NCBI GenBank assembly: GCA_963695335.1
Contig: OY968764.1
Coordinates: forward strand, 672,001-736,000
Reading direction: 5' to 3'
Source of the DNA: an uncultured bacterium
Lineage (GTDB): Bacteria > Babelota > Babeliae > Babelales > Vermiphilaceae
DNA: 64,000 bases
Made by a program: the position numbers and the translations under genes
Shown here: positions 28,451 through 37,283 of the stretch, piece by piece
Layout of the letters: each line of letters begins with the position of its first letter
Position numbering within the stretch: position 1 is the stretch's first letter
Notes under the pieces: generated by a model
Databases searched by the model: none
What the model was told of the DNA's origin: nothing
Seen by the model: only the letters and a program-made list of their open reading frames with translations

Positions 28451-29163
28451 CATTATTCTCTCTTTGCGCGTTTATTGTAATCACAACAAACGCAAAAAAT
28501 GATGAAGAATTTTTTTTGCGTGGCAACAAGCAGTATACACAAAAGAATTATGATGATGCATTCAATTCTTATGAAATGATAAGTAAAAAAGGTAGCGCTG
28601 TTTTGTATAATATGGGTAATTGCTGTTTTCATAAAGGTGATTATGCTCAGGCTCTTGTATATTGGTCACGTGCGCAAGTTGGAGCAACGCCTCAAGAATA
28701 TGCTCTTATTGTACACAATAAAGAGCATGTTGCTCATTTGCTTGGTAAAGAAGATCTTGTATCAGGACGACAAAAAATAGTTGCTTTTTTACAAGCTTTA
28801 TTGCCTTACATTTCTCTTTTTTTACTCCAACTTTTATTTTTGTTGTGTTGGTATTTTTCTTTGTTTTTACTGCGTAAACAACAGATAAGATTTAAAAAAA
28901 TTATTGTTGGGTGTGCATCATTTATAATGATGTTTTTTGGATCTCTGTTGCATGTGCATTATATGCAGCAAGATGTACAAGGTGGTATTGTGGTAAAGAA
29001 AGATGCACAGCTTTTAGTTGGTCCTGATAAAGGGTTTCAAGCCCTTTGCCCACTTGTTTATGCTTATAACGTAGCGGTTAAAGAAAGAAGAGAAGGGTGG
29101 TATAAAATTCAATATGCTGATATGATTGGCTGGGTTGAAGCAGATATGGTGCAAATTATATAA
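28420..29163 (+). CDS. batE: BatE-like TPR + SH3 protein
   Basis: LYNMGNC..GDYAQALVYW, two TM helices, GWYKIQY..IGWV; start uncertain. Confidence 0.8.
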   Translation: MVRALRKSYITLFSLCAFIVITTNAKNDEEFFLRGNKQYTQKNYDDAFNSYEMISKKGSAVLYNMGNCCFHKGDYAQALVYWSRAQVGATPQEYALIVHNKEHVAHLLGKEDLVSGRQKIVAFLQALLPYISLFLLQLLFLLCWYFSLFLLRKQQIRFKKIIVGCASFIMMFFGSLLHVHYMQQDVQGGIVVKKDAQLLVGPDKGFQALCPLVYAYNVAVKERREGWYKIQYADMIGWVEADMVQII

Positions 29164-29190
29164 TAAAAACTCATAAATTGATAACAGCGT

Positions 29191-30369
29191 ATGATTAAAC
29201 GTTTTTCTATTGTGCATTCGGTACTGTTTAGTGTGTGTATAAGTATCATGATGATTCTCATGATACTTCTTTTTATTGAATATCGTTTTTTTTGCAAACA
29301 AGCGCGGGAAATGGTTGAGCTTAAACAGCAGTATGCTGTGTATGTTGCTTTATTTAATCAACGTTTATATCCCGATGATTCTTGTCTATATTCCAATGAT
29401 CCTAGTAGCGCTCGCCCTGAACTTGTTGAAGGGTATCTTGGAGCACTCGAAGATATCCTTTTTCCCCAGTTTTCGTTTCACTCCAAACCGGGGTCCCCGT
29501 CTGAAGGAACTGAAGATGGGGTTAAACAGGCTCAGGGTGAGCGCGGGGTGACAAGTGACGATTTTGATGCTTCATCTTTTGACCGGGTCCCCGATCGAAA
29601 CGATAGTGAAGATTGGGGTGGAGTTGATGAATCATCAATTTCCATGGATGAAATTCTTGCCGCAGAAGCCAGCGACGCACCAGATGATGACGATGATTAT
29701 GTAGATGATTCTTTTGTGGTAATTAATAGGCAACCTGAATACCTTAAGCAATCAACATTTGATTATATGCAGGCACAAGAACTTAATTCATTAATGACAG
29801 CAATTGATGTTGATCGTTGGTCTGATTATACTGAATCATCTTCACGCCCAGTTATATCTGCACCAACAAAAAAACCTACTGCACAAAATAAGCGTGTTAC
29901 TAAACCTGTAACTAAGCCCAAACAGCATATTACAGTGCAACGTTCGTTTAAAGATTGTGGATTTATTTTACCGATTGATGCAGGTAAATTTTGGTTGAGT
30001 TCACTGTTTGGTCCACGTAAACGTGTTGACGGAACATGGGGATTTCATCATGGCATTGATATGGCGGCTGTAAAAGGTACGCCTGTAAAAGTAGCACGAG
30101 CGGGAACGGTTGTAGAAGCTGGTTTTCAGACAGGATACGGTAATACCGTTGTTGTGCAGCATTCTGATGCATTAAAAACACGCTATGCTCATTTGCATAC
30201 CATTCGTGTATATATGGGACAAAAGATAAAACAAGGTATTATTGTGGGGACGGTGGGAGAAACAGGATTTATTAGAAAAAAAGGAAAAGACGGTTCACAT
30301 TTGCATTTTGAAGTGTATGAAAAAGGTAAGCGAGTGAATCCTATGCATTGTTTACCAAGAGCAGTATAA
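29191..30369 (+). CDS. M23 family peptidase with N-terminal TM and in-frame repeat inserts
   Basis: HHGIDMAA, GYGNTVVVQH, TRYAHL, HLHFEV. Confidence 0.9.
   Translation: MIKRFSIVHSVLFSVCISIMMILMILLFIEYRFFCKQAREMVELKQQYAVYVALFNQRLYPDDSCLYSNDPSSARPELVEGYLGALEDILFPQFSFHSKPGSPSEGTEDGVKQAQGERGVTSDDFDASSFDRVPDRNDSEDWGGVDESSISMDEILAAEASDAPDDDDDYVDDSFVVINRQPEYLKQSTFDYMQAQELNSLMTAIDVDRWSDYTESSSRPVISAPTKKPTAQNKRVTKPVTKPKQHITVQRSFKDCGFILPIDAGKFWLSSLFGPRKRVDGTWGFHHGIDMAAVKGTPVKVARAGTVVEAGFQTGYGNTVVVQHSDALKTRYAHLHTIRVYMGQKIKQGIIVGTVGETGFIRKKGKDGSHLHFEVYEKGKRVNPMHCLPRAV
29408..29619. repeat. Family A repeat (29408-29544) with nested family C unit, plus a C fragment (29583-29619), all within the M23 ORF
   Basis: GCGCTCGCCCTGAACTTGTTGAAGGG...CAGGCTCAGGGTGAGCGC; CCCCAG..GGGGTCCCC..TGGGGT at 29464-29522. 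Confidence 0.85.
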
Positions 30370-30469
30370 TCCTTCGATACATTTTTGAAGACAAAAACAC
30401 TCAGGATGACCGGAAGATAATGATGATTCCCGCTCGCCCTGAGTGCCCCGTTAGGGGTGTATCGAAGGG
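30370..30469. repeat. Family A' palindromic repeat, intergenic
   Basis: TCCTTCGATACA..CACTCAGGATGACCGG...CCGCTCGCCCTGAGTG..TGTATCGAAGGG. Confidence 0.9.
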
Positions 30470-30507
30470 TGCGGGAAAGAAAAAATATTACATATTAAAG
30501 GAAAAAG

Positions 30508-31485
30508 ATGGCGCAAGATAATATTAAAAAGCAACAAAGTTGGCTTTCCAGTATCACCGAATTTTTGTTTTTATTAATGGTTGTTTTTTTGATTCGTACG
30601 TTTGGTTTTGGATTGTATCAAGTACCAACCGGATCAATGGAAACAACTATGTTAGTTGGAGAACGGTTTTTTGCAGATAAATTTTCTTATAATTTCAGAA
30701 AACCACGGTTTGGTGAAATTATTTCCATGAATGATCCTGAATTTAAATATTCAAAAAACTCTTTAATGAATCTATTTCAGCATTATGTGTGGGGACCATC
30801 CAACTGGACAAAGCGAGTTATTGGTTTGCCTGGAGATACTATTAAAGGTGTTATAGAAGATGGTAAAGCGGTTGTGTATCGTAATGGTCAGAAGTTAGAT
30901 GAGCCGTATATTAATAAATATCCACTCTTGAGATCATTCAAACAAGATATCAATGTATTAATGCAACAGATAGAACAAGATATACAGCAGATGGCACGTG
31001 GATACAAGCTTGATCGTAGTGCTGTTGATGCATATGTGATGCAACGGTTATCGCAAGAATTGTCTGCTCCACGCTCATATGATCCATCTGTGCCGTATGA
31101 TCAACAACCATTTTATCGTACCAATGCAAATCGAGTAATTCGTGATGAAGAAGGCAATCTTGAATTGATCGTTCCAGGCGAACCGTTGATGCCAAGAAAT
31201 GGTGTGTTGGTTTCTGATGAATCGCGCAATAATTGGAATGGCTCAGATGTGTTTTTTGTTAAGCTTGGTCCAGATGAATATTGGGGAATGGGAGATAACC
31301 GTTTAGGTAGTCATGATTCACGTTTTTTTGGAATTATTAAAGAGCGGGAAATTCACGGTAGAATTCTGTTCCGTATTTGGTCAATGGATAGTGATGAAGC
31401 GTGGTGGATTTTAGACCTTATTAAACATCCAATAGATTTTTGGTCACGAATCCGTTGGAGCAGATGGCTGCAGTTTGTACGCTAG
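30508..31485 (+). CDS. lepB: Signal peptidase I
   Basis: VPTGSMETT (Ser), KRVIGLPGD (Lys), MGDNR..SHDSRFFG. Confidence 0.95.
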   Translation: MAQDNIKKQQSWLSSITEFLFLLMVVFLIRTFGFGLYQVPTGSMETTMLVGERFFADKFSYNFRKPRFGEIISMNDPEFKYSKNSLMNLFQHYVWGPSNWTKRVIGLPGDTIKGVIEDGKAVVYRNGQKLDEPYINKYPLLRSFKQDINVLMQQIEQDIQQMARGYKLDRSAVDAYVMQRLSQELSAPRSYDPSVPYDQQPFYRTNANRVIRDEEGNLELIVPGEPLMPRNGVLVSDESRNNWNGSDVFFVKLGPDEYWGMGDNRLGSHDSRFFGIIKEREIHGRILFRIWSMDSDEAWWILDLIKHPIDFWSRIRWSRWLQFVR

Positions 31486-31502
31486 TAGATTATATTATAA
31501 AT

Positions 31503-31535
31503 AAAAATGCGCATCTTTAAACGATGCGCATTTTT
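31503..31535. terminator. Bidirectional terminator
   Basis: AAAAATGCGCATC-tttaaac-GATGCGCATTTTT. Confidence 0.8.
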
Positions 31536-31978
31536 TATTGATTATTTTTGTTATGAATTGTGTTCCAGTAGTTTTTGTACGTATCAAACTCTTTTTCGTC
31601 ATATACACGATCACTTACTATTGTGAAAGTGTTATTACCATCGGTGAGAGTATAAGTTTTGTCTGTCTCTATAAATAAATTGAGAGGTACGGCAGACAAT
31701 AATCTATCTTTTAAAAATTTGTAGATTGGGTTTCTTGTATCATTGTTCATTGGTGTAAAATGAATTGTCTTTTCTATGGCATTATCTTTGTAAAAGCTAC
31801 GTATATCATCTCTGCAATATTCATGTAATGCAATATACCCTCCCAGTGGTTGGAGAACCAAGGTGTTACTATCGCTTTGCTTTAATTGTGATCTTTGTTG
31901 GTCTTTTTCCATTCCTATAAGAGAAATAGAGATTGCTGATAATCCGATTAATAGATATTTTTGGTATGATTTACTCAT
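31535..31978 (-). CDS. Secreted hypothetical protein (GMEK N-terminus)
   Basis: Signal peptide followed by GMEKD. Confidence 0.7.
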   Translation of the reverse strand: MSKSYQKYLLIGLSAISISLIGMEKDQQRSQLKQSDSNTLVLQPLGGYIALHEYCRDDIRSFYKDNAIEKTIHFTPMNNDTRNPIYKFLKDRLLSAVPLNLFIETDKTYTLTDGNNTFTIVSDRVYDEKEFDTYKNYWNTIHNKNNQ

Positions 31979-32090
31979 TTTTTAGCCTTTCAGTTTGCTC
32001 AAAGTATTCAAATGGACAAAATTATGTTTTTGTGTAATAATGAATACTGTTTGTATTTCTTCACATAGAATTTATCACAAGGGCTGGGAT

Positions 32091-33218
32091 ATGTCACGTT
32101 TTAGGGTTATTTTAGTTGCTTTATTTGGTTTTGGCTTATCATTCTTGTCTATGGCAATGGAAAAGAAGTCTATGTCGTCTGCCAGTTCTCACTATCTGAG
32201 TCCTGATATCCAAAAATTAATACTTTTCAAAAGTGCCGCATTAGAAGACAAATATGGCAATCGTATGCCTGAAGATGTGAAAAATGTAATAGTGCAACAA
32301 AATTATGACTTTTATCGTGATGACTTGCTTGCATCTGGCATAAACAAAAAATTGGAAAAGGCATTAGGTAAGTTAAATGACGAGGGCAGAATTGCCAAGT
32401 ATGATGGCGCAAAGATTGAAGCTAATGATTTTGATTTACTAACTATGAGTGATGAAGGAAGAGATGTTTTTTTTCATTTCATAAGCGCTTTACCATATAA
32501 ATATACTACATTAGATGGTTCATATGAGTATTTTCGTCATGATAGATATACAAGTAATTTTATGCGATATGACTATGACTTAGAAGATGAAAGTAATAGA
32601 AAACATTTGGGTTTACTATCAGTAGATGATTACAATAAAATGTTACATTTGCCAGTAACATTGAGAAGTAAAGTTGGAAAGTTATGTGCCGTAAAAACTA
32701 TAGGGTCAGAGGTTCCTTATTATTCTTATATGACAAAACACGTTATCAAAGATATTAAAAGAGAAATTAGTGAGATTATAAGAGATATTCCAAATAGAGA
32801 CAGAATCTTTTTGACAATGATATCAGGAGCTTCAATTGTTTTTGCTTTGAGTGGTTTGGGGTATGGAGAGAGGTTTGGTTCAGGAGTATCATGTTTGTCA
32901 TCATCGGGTTATTATGCTGGATCAGGTATAGTATGTGGCTTTGGTGGACTTACTGCGTTGCTGAGTACTGTAATAGCACGAGATAGGCATAATGAATTAA
33001 AAAGATATGGACCAGGGTTTGAATTGATAGATAAACCTATTCTGACATTAGAAGAACAAGAAAATATTAAAAAAGTAGAAAAAGAAGCTCAAGAGAAAAA
33101 AGAGCAAAGAGGTATGGCTTTATATAAGCCAATTAACACAAAGCAATTTGAAGTATTAACAAAAAATTTATCAAAAAGTGTTCAATCAGATCGTCTTAGT
33201 TTAAGAAATAAAGAATAA
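32091..33218 (+). CDS. Secreted hypothetical protein with two hydrophobic segments and weak F-box-like motifs
   Basis: MSRFRVIL..AMEKK; LSPDIQKLIL, MPEDVKNVIV; bilobed hydrophobic region; charged tail. Confidence 0.7.
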   Translation: MSRFRVILVALFGFGLSFLSMAMEKKSMSSASSHYLSPDIQKLILFKSAALEDKYGNRMPEDVKNVIVQQNYDFYRDDLLASGINKKLEKALGKLNDEGRIAKYDGAKIEANDFDLLTMSDEGRDVFFHFISALPYKYTTLDGSYEYFRHDRYTSNFMRYDYDLEDESNRKHLGLLSVDDYNKMLHLPVTLRSKVGKLCAVKTIGSEVPYYSYMTKHVIKDIKREISEIIRDIPNRDRIFLTMISGASIVFALSGLGYGERFGSGVSCLSSSGYYAGSGIVCGFGGLTALLSTVIARDRHNELKRYGPGFELIDKPILTLEEQENIKKVEKEAQEKKEQRGMALYKPINTKQFEVLTKNLSKSVQSDRLSLRNKE

Positions 33219-33400
33219 ATCAAGTTTGTTGGAATGAGTATAATAACTTCCCTGTTATCTTTTGTAAAAAGAGAGAGCAGGGGATTTTTTATGGTTTAAC
33301 CAATCAGTTGATGCTATTGATACAAAAGCTTGCAGAATAGCTATTTTCTGCTACATTTAAAATGTTTACTTTTTTACAGGTAAATAATTGAATTGTTCGT

Positions 33401-33474
33401 GGCGGCATAGCCAAGTGGTAAGGCATGGGTCTGCAAAACCTTGATCCCCGGTTCGAATCCGGGTGCCGCCTCCA
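33401..33474 (+). tRNA. tRNA-Cys (GCA)
   Basis: GGCGGCA/TGCCGCC acceptor stem, CTGCAAA anticodon loop, GTTCGAATC, CCA end. Confidence 0.97.
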
Positions 33475-33620
33475 GTCTTCGTTGCTACGCAACTTCGTCT
33501 GGCTGCGCCAATATAAAAAATAAATAAGTTTTTTCTTATTGGGTACCCAACCGTAGCGTTAGCGAAGGTAGGGTTAAAAGACTGTCCGACGTAGTTCGAT
33601 AGAACGTAGACGGACTAGCT
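33475..33620 (+). repeat. Family D repeat modules after tRNA-Cys
   Basis: GTCTTCGTTGCTACGCAACTTCGTCTGGCTGCGCCA (33475-33510) and CTGTCCGACGTAG..CGTAGACGGACTAGCT (33582-33620). Confidence 0.8.
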
Positions 33621-33683
33621 AGCGATTTCGTTGCTGCGCCGCAGTGAGATGATTGTAAGATCGTGGGAATAATAAATAGGTGT

Positions 33684-33770
33684 GCCGGGATGGCGGAATA
33701 GGTAGACGCAAGGGACTTAAAATCCCTCGAGTGTAAACTCGTGCCGGTTCGAGTCCGGCTCTCGGCACCA
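33684..33770 (+). tRNA. tRNA-Leu (TAA)
   Basis: GCCGGGA/TCTCGGC acceptor stem, CTTAAAA anticodon loop, long variable arm, CCA end. Confidence 0.97.
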
Positions 33771-33924
33771 GTCTTCGTTGCTGCGCAACTTCGTCTGGCT
33801 GCGCCAACAAATGAATGTTATACAAGAGATTAACTTTGAAATTTTGTAAAGAAGGCTGTCCGACGTAGCGTGAGTCCGAAGAAGCCATAGGCGAAAACGG
33901 ATCGAAGGCGTAGACGGACTAGCT
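33771..33924 (+). repeat. Family D repeat modules after tRNA-Leu
   Basis: 33771-33806 differs from 33475-33510 at one base; 33856-33924 has the same ends as 33582-33620 with a longer loop. Confidence 0.8.
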
Positions 33925-34032
33925 TGATTAAAAAAGAATGAGTGAAGCAGATCTTCTAAAAAAGAAAAATTATAAAAAAGTCTCGTAGTAACGATAAAAG
34001 ATTACGTAAAAAATAAGTTATAACAAAAACAC

Positions 34033-34061
34033 TTGACAACATATGTTCCTATGGATAGCAT
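34033..34061 (+). promoter_or_regulatory. Sigma70-type promoter for the HU gene
   Basis: TTGACA-17bp-TAGCAT. Confidence 0.7.
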
Positions 34062-34127
34062 ACAAACTAGTATATCGTTTTTATTTTGTTTGCTTTGCCA
34101 TAGATCAATAAGTAAAGGATGTTCTAT

Positions 34128-34400
34128 ATGAATAAGGCAAAGTTAATCGAATCAATGGCTAAGGCAACCAAACAGCCAAAAGCAGTGTGTAAAGAAATGC
34201 TTGAAGCAGTTCTTTCTTCTATTGGTGGAGCATTAAAACAAGGAAAAACTGTAGTTTTGACTGGTTTTGGTACTTTCTCAGTAATGAAAAGAAAAAGCCG
34301 TGTTGGGATTAACCCAGTAACACGCGCAAAAATGACAATTGCTGCGAAAAAAGTTCCTAAATTTAAAGCTGGTAAAGCTCTTAAAGCTTCCATCAAATAA
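34128..34400 (+). CDS. hup: HU family DNA-binding protein
   Basis: MNKAKLI, LTGFGTF, GINPVT, PKFKAGKALK. Confidence 0.95.
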   Translation: MNKAKLIESMAKATKQPKAVCKEMLEAVLSSIGGALKQGKTVVLTGFGTFSVMKRKSRVGINPVTRAKMTIAAKKVPKFKAGKALKASIK

Positions 34401-34426
34401 GCTTTATTGTTTTAGGTAGAAATTGT

Positions 34427-34463
34427 AAAAGAGGTGTCCATTTGGACACCTCTTTTGTTTTTT
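34427..34463 (+). terminator. Rho-independent terminator
   Basis: AAAAGAGGTGTCCA-t-TGGACACCTCTTTT plus T tract. Confidence 0.85.
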
Positions 34464-34476
34464 AATCCCTTTTTTA

Positions 34477-34541
34477 TTGATTTTACAGGACTTTAATCAA
34501 TATACTTAAAGTAGAAATGTAGAAAAAAGATGAAAAAGGGA
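34477..34541 (+). promoter_or_regulatory. Promoter and 5'UTR, copy 1
   Basis: TTGATT-18bp-TATACT then TAAAGTAGAAATGTAG; duplicated at 36120-36185. Confidence 0.7.
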
Positions 34542-34548
34542 CATTTTT

Positions 34549-36111
34549 ATGAAAAAATTATTGTTGTTTTTTAGTTTTTGTTCTGTCGCATCTGTGCATA
34601 GTGTGCCAGTAGGAACTCTTGAGCCAATTATGCCGCAGCATCAATTACTTGCGCAAAAGGATGCGTTAGAAGGTGTAGTTAAGAATATATGGGATAAATG
34701 TTTACATAGCTTGGATAAACAATTTCCAGGTTTGGCGCAACAAAATCCTTCTGATGAACATGTCCTGAGCGTAAATTTTGAGTTTGAAAAACAACCAACA
34801 ACCAATCATGGTCAAGAGCTCATAACCTCGATCGTGGATTCTGTGATAGCTCAAATCTCAATGTCTTCGCTTAAATTTGGTAAGACTACGAGCTGGAAAC
34901 AATTAGAACAAGACGAGGTACTCAAACAAGTGCTTGCGCGTATGATAGCCGCTGCGTTAATTGAGTTGGTCTTGAATGATGGTAGTGAACCTTTAGAGTG
35001 GTGTACTTGTACTGCTGAGTATAAGCGTATTACACTTGCATTATTGATAGTTAATGAACTTCGTGAAAAATTTGAAAATCCTACAGAGCGCATTGTATAT
35101 ACATCTTTTGCATCAGGGAATTTATTACAAGATTATGTAGCTTTAGGAGAACTTTTACTATCTCATAATAATATTTTAGTGAATCTCATTGATTTAAATT
35201 ATCCAGATATACCGGCATTAGCAAAAAAGAATTTAAAAAAAGCGGAAGCACATAATCTTCATATCCTTGAAATGAAATCTCAGCAAGAAAGCGCTGAGAT
35301 GATTGATAGTTTTAAGGTGAAAATAGCTCAAGTTATATCAGAAAGAAGATGGGGTAATAATGAGAAAGCTCATTTTGATGTCAGTGTGTATCAGAATGCA
35401 TATGAATATATCTTCCGTGCCAAAACTAATCCTCAGGAAAAAAGTAATGTATTGGTGATGGTAGATCCTTCTGTGTTTTCATATGCCATAGCAGATTATC
35501 CCTCAATGGCGAATGTCATTAATGTGTGGATAGATCAGGAAACAAAACCTGTATTTAATGTGTATTTACCGCGGCATCAGGGAACGCATTTATATCAACT
35601 AAAAGATAATGTTGATCCTAAAATAGTACAGTATCTTCAGAATCAGTTGTTGCAATTAATGGTAAGTACCGGAGCTAGTAAGCAGTATACAGGTAACTTC
35701 ACTAATGCGCTTTTAAATAAAACTATTTCTTTTGGCAAACAGATAACAGATCCAGTTTTAGCAACTGCTTTCCCTCGATTGATGCAAAGAAGAGTAGAGC
35801 TTAGAGAAGAAGCATTGCAAGAAGGTAGTGTTGATAATGATCTCCTTCAACCATTAACACCAGTTAAATTGGGTGATGTTTCTGTATTGCTGTCTTGGGG
35901 AACAGATGCCCATATCAGTTTTCAGGATTTAGTATGGGATGCGCTTGCACCCAATGCAGTTGTATATCAACTGTATGCCAATGATCCTAATAAGACCAAT
36001 GATGCGAATAATAAAATTATTAAGGTAAACCCAGAAATGTATAAAAAAGTGGATGTAGTTATCCCAAATGCTGGCCGAGCTTCTGAGGATAAATACAAGC
36101 GAGTTCACTAA
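34549..36111 (+). CDS. Secreted hypothetical protein
   Basis: 520-aa ORF with signal peptide MKKLLLFFSFCSVASVHS. Confidence 0.75.
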   Translation: MKKLLLFFSFCSVASVHSVPVGTLEPIMPQHQLLAQKDALEGVVKNIWDKCLHSLDKQFPGLAQQNPSDEHVLSVNFEFEKQPTTNHGQELITSIVDSVIAQISMSSLKFGKTTSWKQLEQDEVLKQVLARMIAAALIELVLNDGSEPLEWCTCTAEYKRITLALLIVNELREKFENPTERIVYTSFASGNLLQDYVALGELLLSHNNILVNLIDLNYPDIPALAKKNLKKAEAHNLHILEMKSQQESAEMIDSFKVKIAQVISERRWGNNEKAHFDVSVYQNAYEYIFRAKTNPQEKSNVLVMVDPSVFSYAIADYPSMANVINVWIDQETKPVFNVYLPRHQGTHLYQLKDNVDPKIVQYLQNQLLQLMVSTGASKQYTGNFTNALLNKTISFGKQITDPVLATAFPRLMQRRVELREEALQEGSVDNDLLQPLTPVKLGDVSVLLSWGTDAHISFQDLVWDALAPNAVVYQLYANDPNKTNDANNKIIKVNPEMYKKVDVVIPNAGRASEDKYKRVH

Positions 36112-36119
36112 TTATTCTA

Positions 36120-36185
36120 TTGATTTTACAGGGTTTTACTTAATATACTTAAAGTAGAAATGTAGGAAAAAGATTAAAAAGGAGA
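36120..36185 (+). promoter_or_regulatory. Promoter and 5'UTR, copy 2
   Basis: TTGATT-18bp-TATACT, TAAAGTAGAAATGTAG, AAGGAG RBS. Confidence 0.7.
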
Positions 36186-36190
36186 CTGTC

Positions 36191-36640
36191 ATGCTTAATG
36201 AAGGACAAGTAATGCTCGATGGAGCGCAAGAGGCAGCGACTGCTTTGCCAGAAGCAACTACCGCAGGTACAGGACTTATCGATTCTTTAAAAAATGCTAT
36301 GCAGCCGGATGTTATTGCCAACAAGCTTGGCGTAGACAAAAACATGCTCGTTGATATCACCTTGTACGGAGCAATCGGCTTTATCGTAGGTTTTCTTCTT
36401 AAAAAATACAGTGAATATTTTATATCCATGGCGCTTTTGATTATTGGGATTTTTGTATTACAGCAGTTTGAATATGTTTCTTTCTCTATTAATATGCCAA
36501 AAGTACATGAACTGTTTGGTATACAATCAGGTGTAGCAGTTGATGGATACGGAAGATTGGTATGGGAATCAATCAAAGCTAATATTGCAGGTTCAACAAG
36601 CTTAGTAGTTGGATTTTTAATTGGTCTTAAAGTTGGTTAA
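36191..36640 (+). CDS. FUN14-family membrane protein
   Basis: GAIGFIVGFLLKK...LQQFEYVSFSIN...GFLIGLKVG pattern. Confidence 0.65.
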   Translation: MLNEGQVMLDGAQEAATALPEATTAGTGLIDSLKNAMQPDVIANKLGVDKNMLVDITLYGAIGFIVGFLLKKYSEYFISMALLIIGIFVLQQFEYVSFSINMPKVHELFGIQSGVAVDGYGRLVWESIKANIAGSTSLVVGFLIGLKVG

Positions 36641-36655
36641 AAAAAAGGATAGGCA

Positions 36656-37276
36656 ATGGATAATACATTTGAAGTAGGGTTTCTGCGAGTATTAGCTGAA
36701 CTTAAGCTTATTACCGCAGAAGATGCTGTGAAGTTACTTGCGGCATATCATGAATCGGACGTGGATCAATTTGATGAATTTCTTCTTTCTGAAGGAATTC
36801 TTGATGCAGAAAATCTTCTGCAAGCATTATCGCACTATTATCAAGTACCATCATTTGATGCTTCAGGATATTTTTTTGAAAGACATTTATTGCATATGTT
36901 TCCCAAAGAAATGCTCGTAAGGCATGAAATTATTCCTATGCAAGTTGATGAAAACATGATGATTGTGGTAGCAGCAGACCCTAGTAATTCTGATCTTTTG
37001 TTTGAAATTGGTGAATACGTTTCTTATGATATCCGTTTCTATGTTGGCGTTGCTCGTGATATTTGTGATGCAGTAGAAGAGTATTACGATAAAGCAGATA
37101 CCGAAGTTGATGAAGATGAGGATATTGGGCAAGAGCAACTGTTGCGCAGTGAATTTATGCACTTGGCAGAAGCTGACGAAGAAATTGTATTTCCAACAAA
37201 TACAGAGTACATGGTAAAAGATGAAGAGATCGTAGAAGATGAAGAAGGTGAGGTAGAGTACCTTGAAGAACTCTAA
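36656..37276 (+). CDS. Stand-alone N-terminal domain of PilB/GspE ATPase (T2SSE_N/MshEN-like) with acidic tail
   Basis: LLSEGIL..LLQALS, FPKEML.RHEIIP, IVVAADP. Confidence 0.75.
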   Translation: MDNTFEVGFLRVLAELKLITAEDAVKLLAAYHESDVDQFDEFLLSEGILDAENLLQALSHYYQVPSFDASGYFFERHLLHMFPKEMLVRHEIIPMQVDENMMIVVAADPSNSDLLFEIGEYVSYDIRFYVGVARDICDAVEEYYDKADTEVDEDEDIGQEQLLRSEFMHLAEADEEIVFPTNTEYMVKDEEIVEDEEGEVEYLEEL

Positions 37277-37283
37277 TCATACA

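Noticed and set aside
33304..33888. Minus-strand ORFs 33304-33492 and 33619-33888
   Set aside because: Antisense shadows of the two tRNA genes
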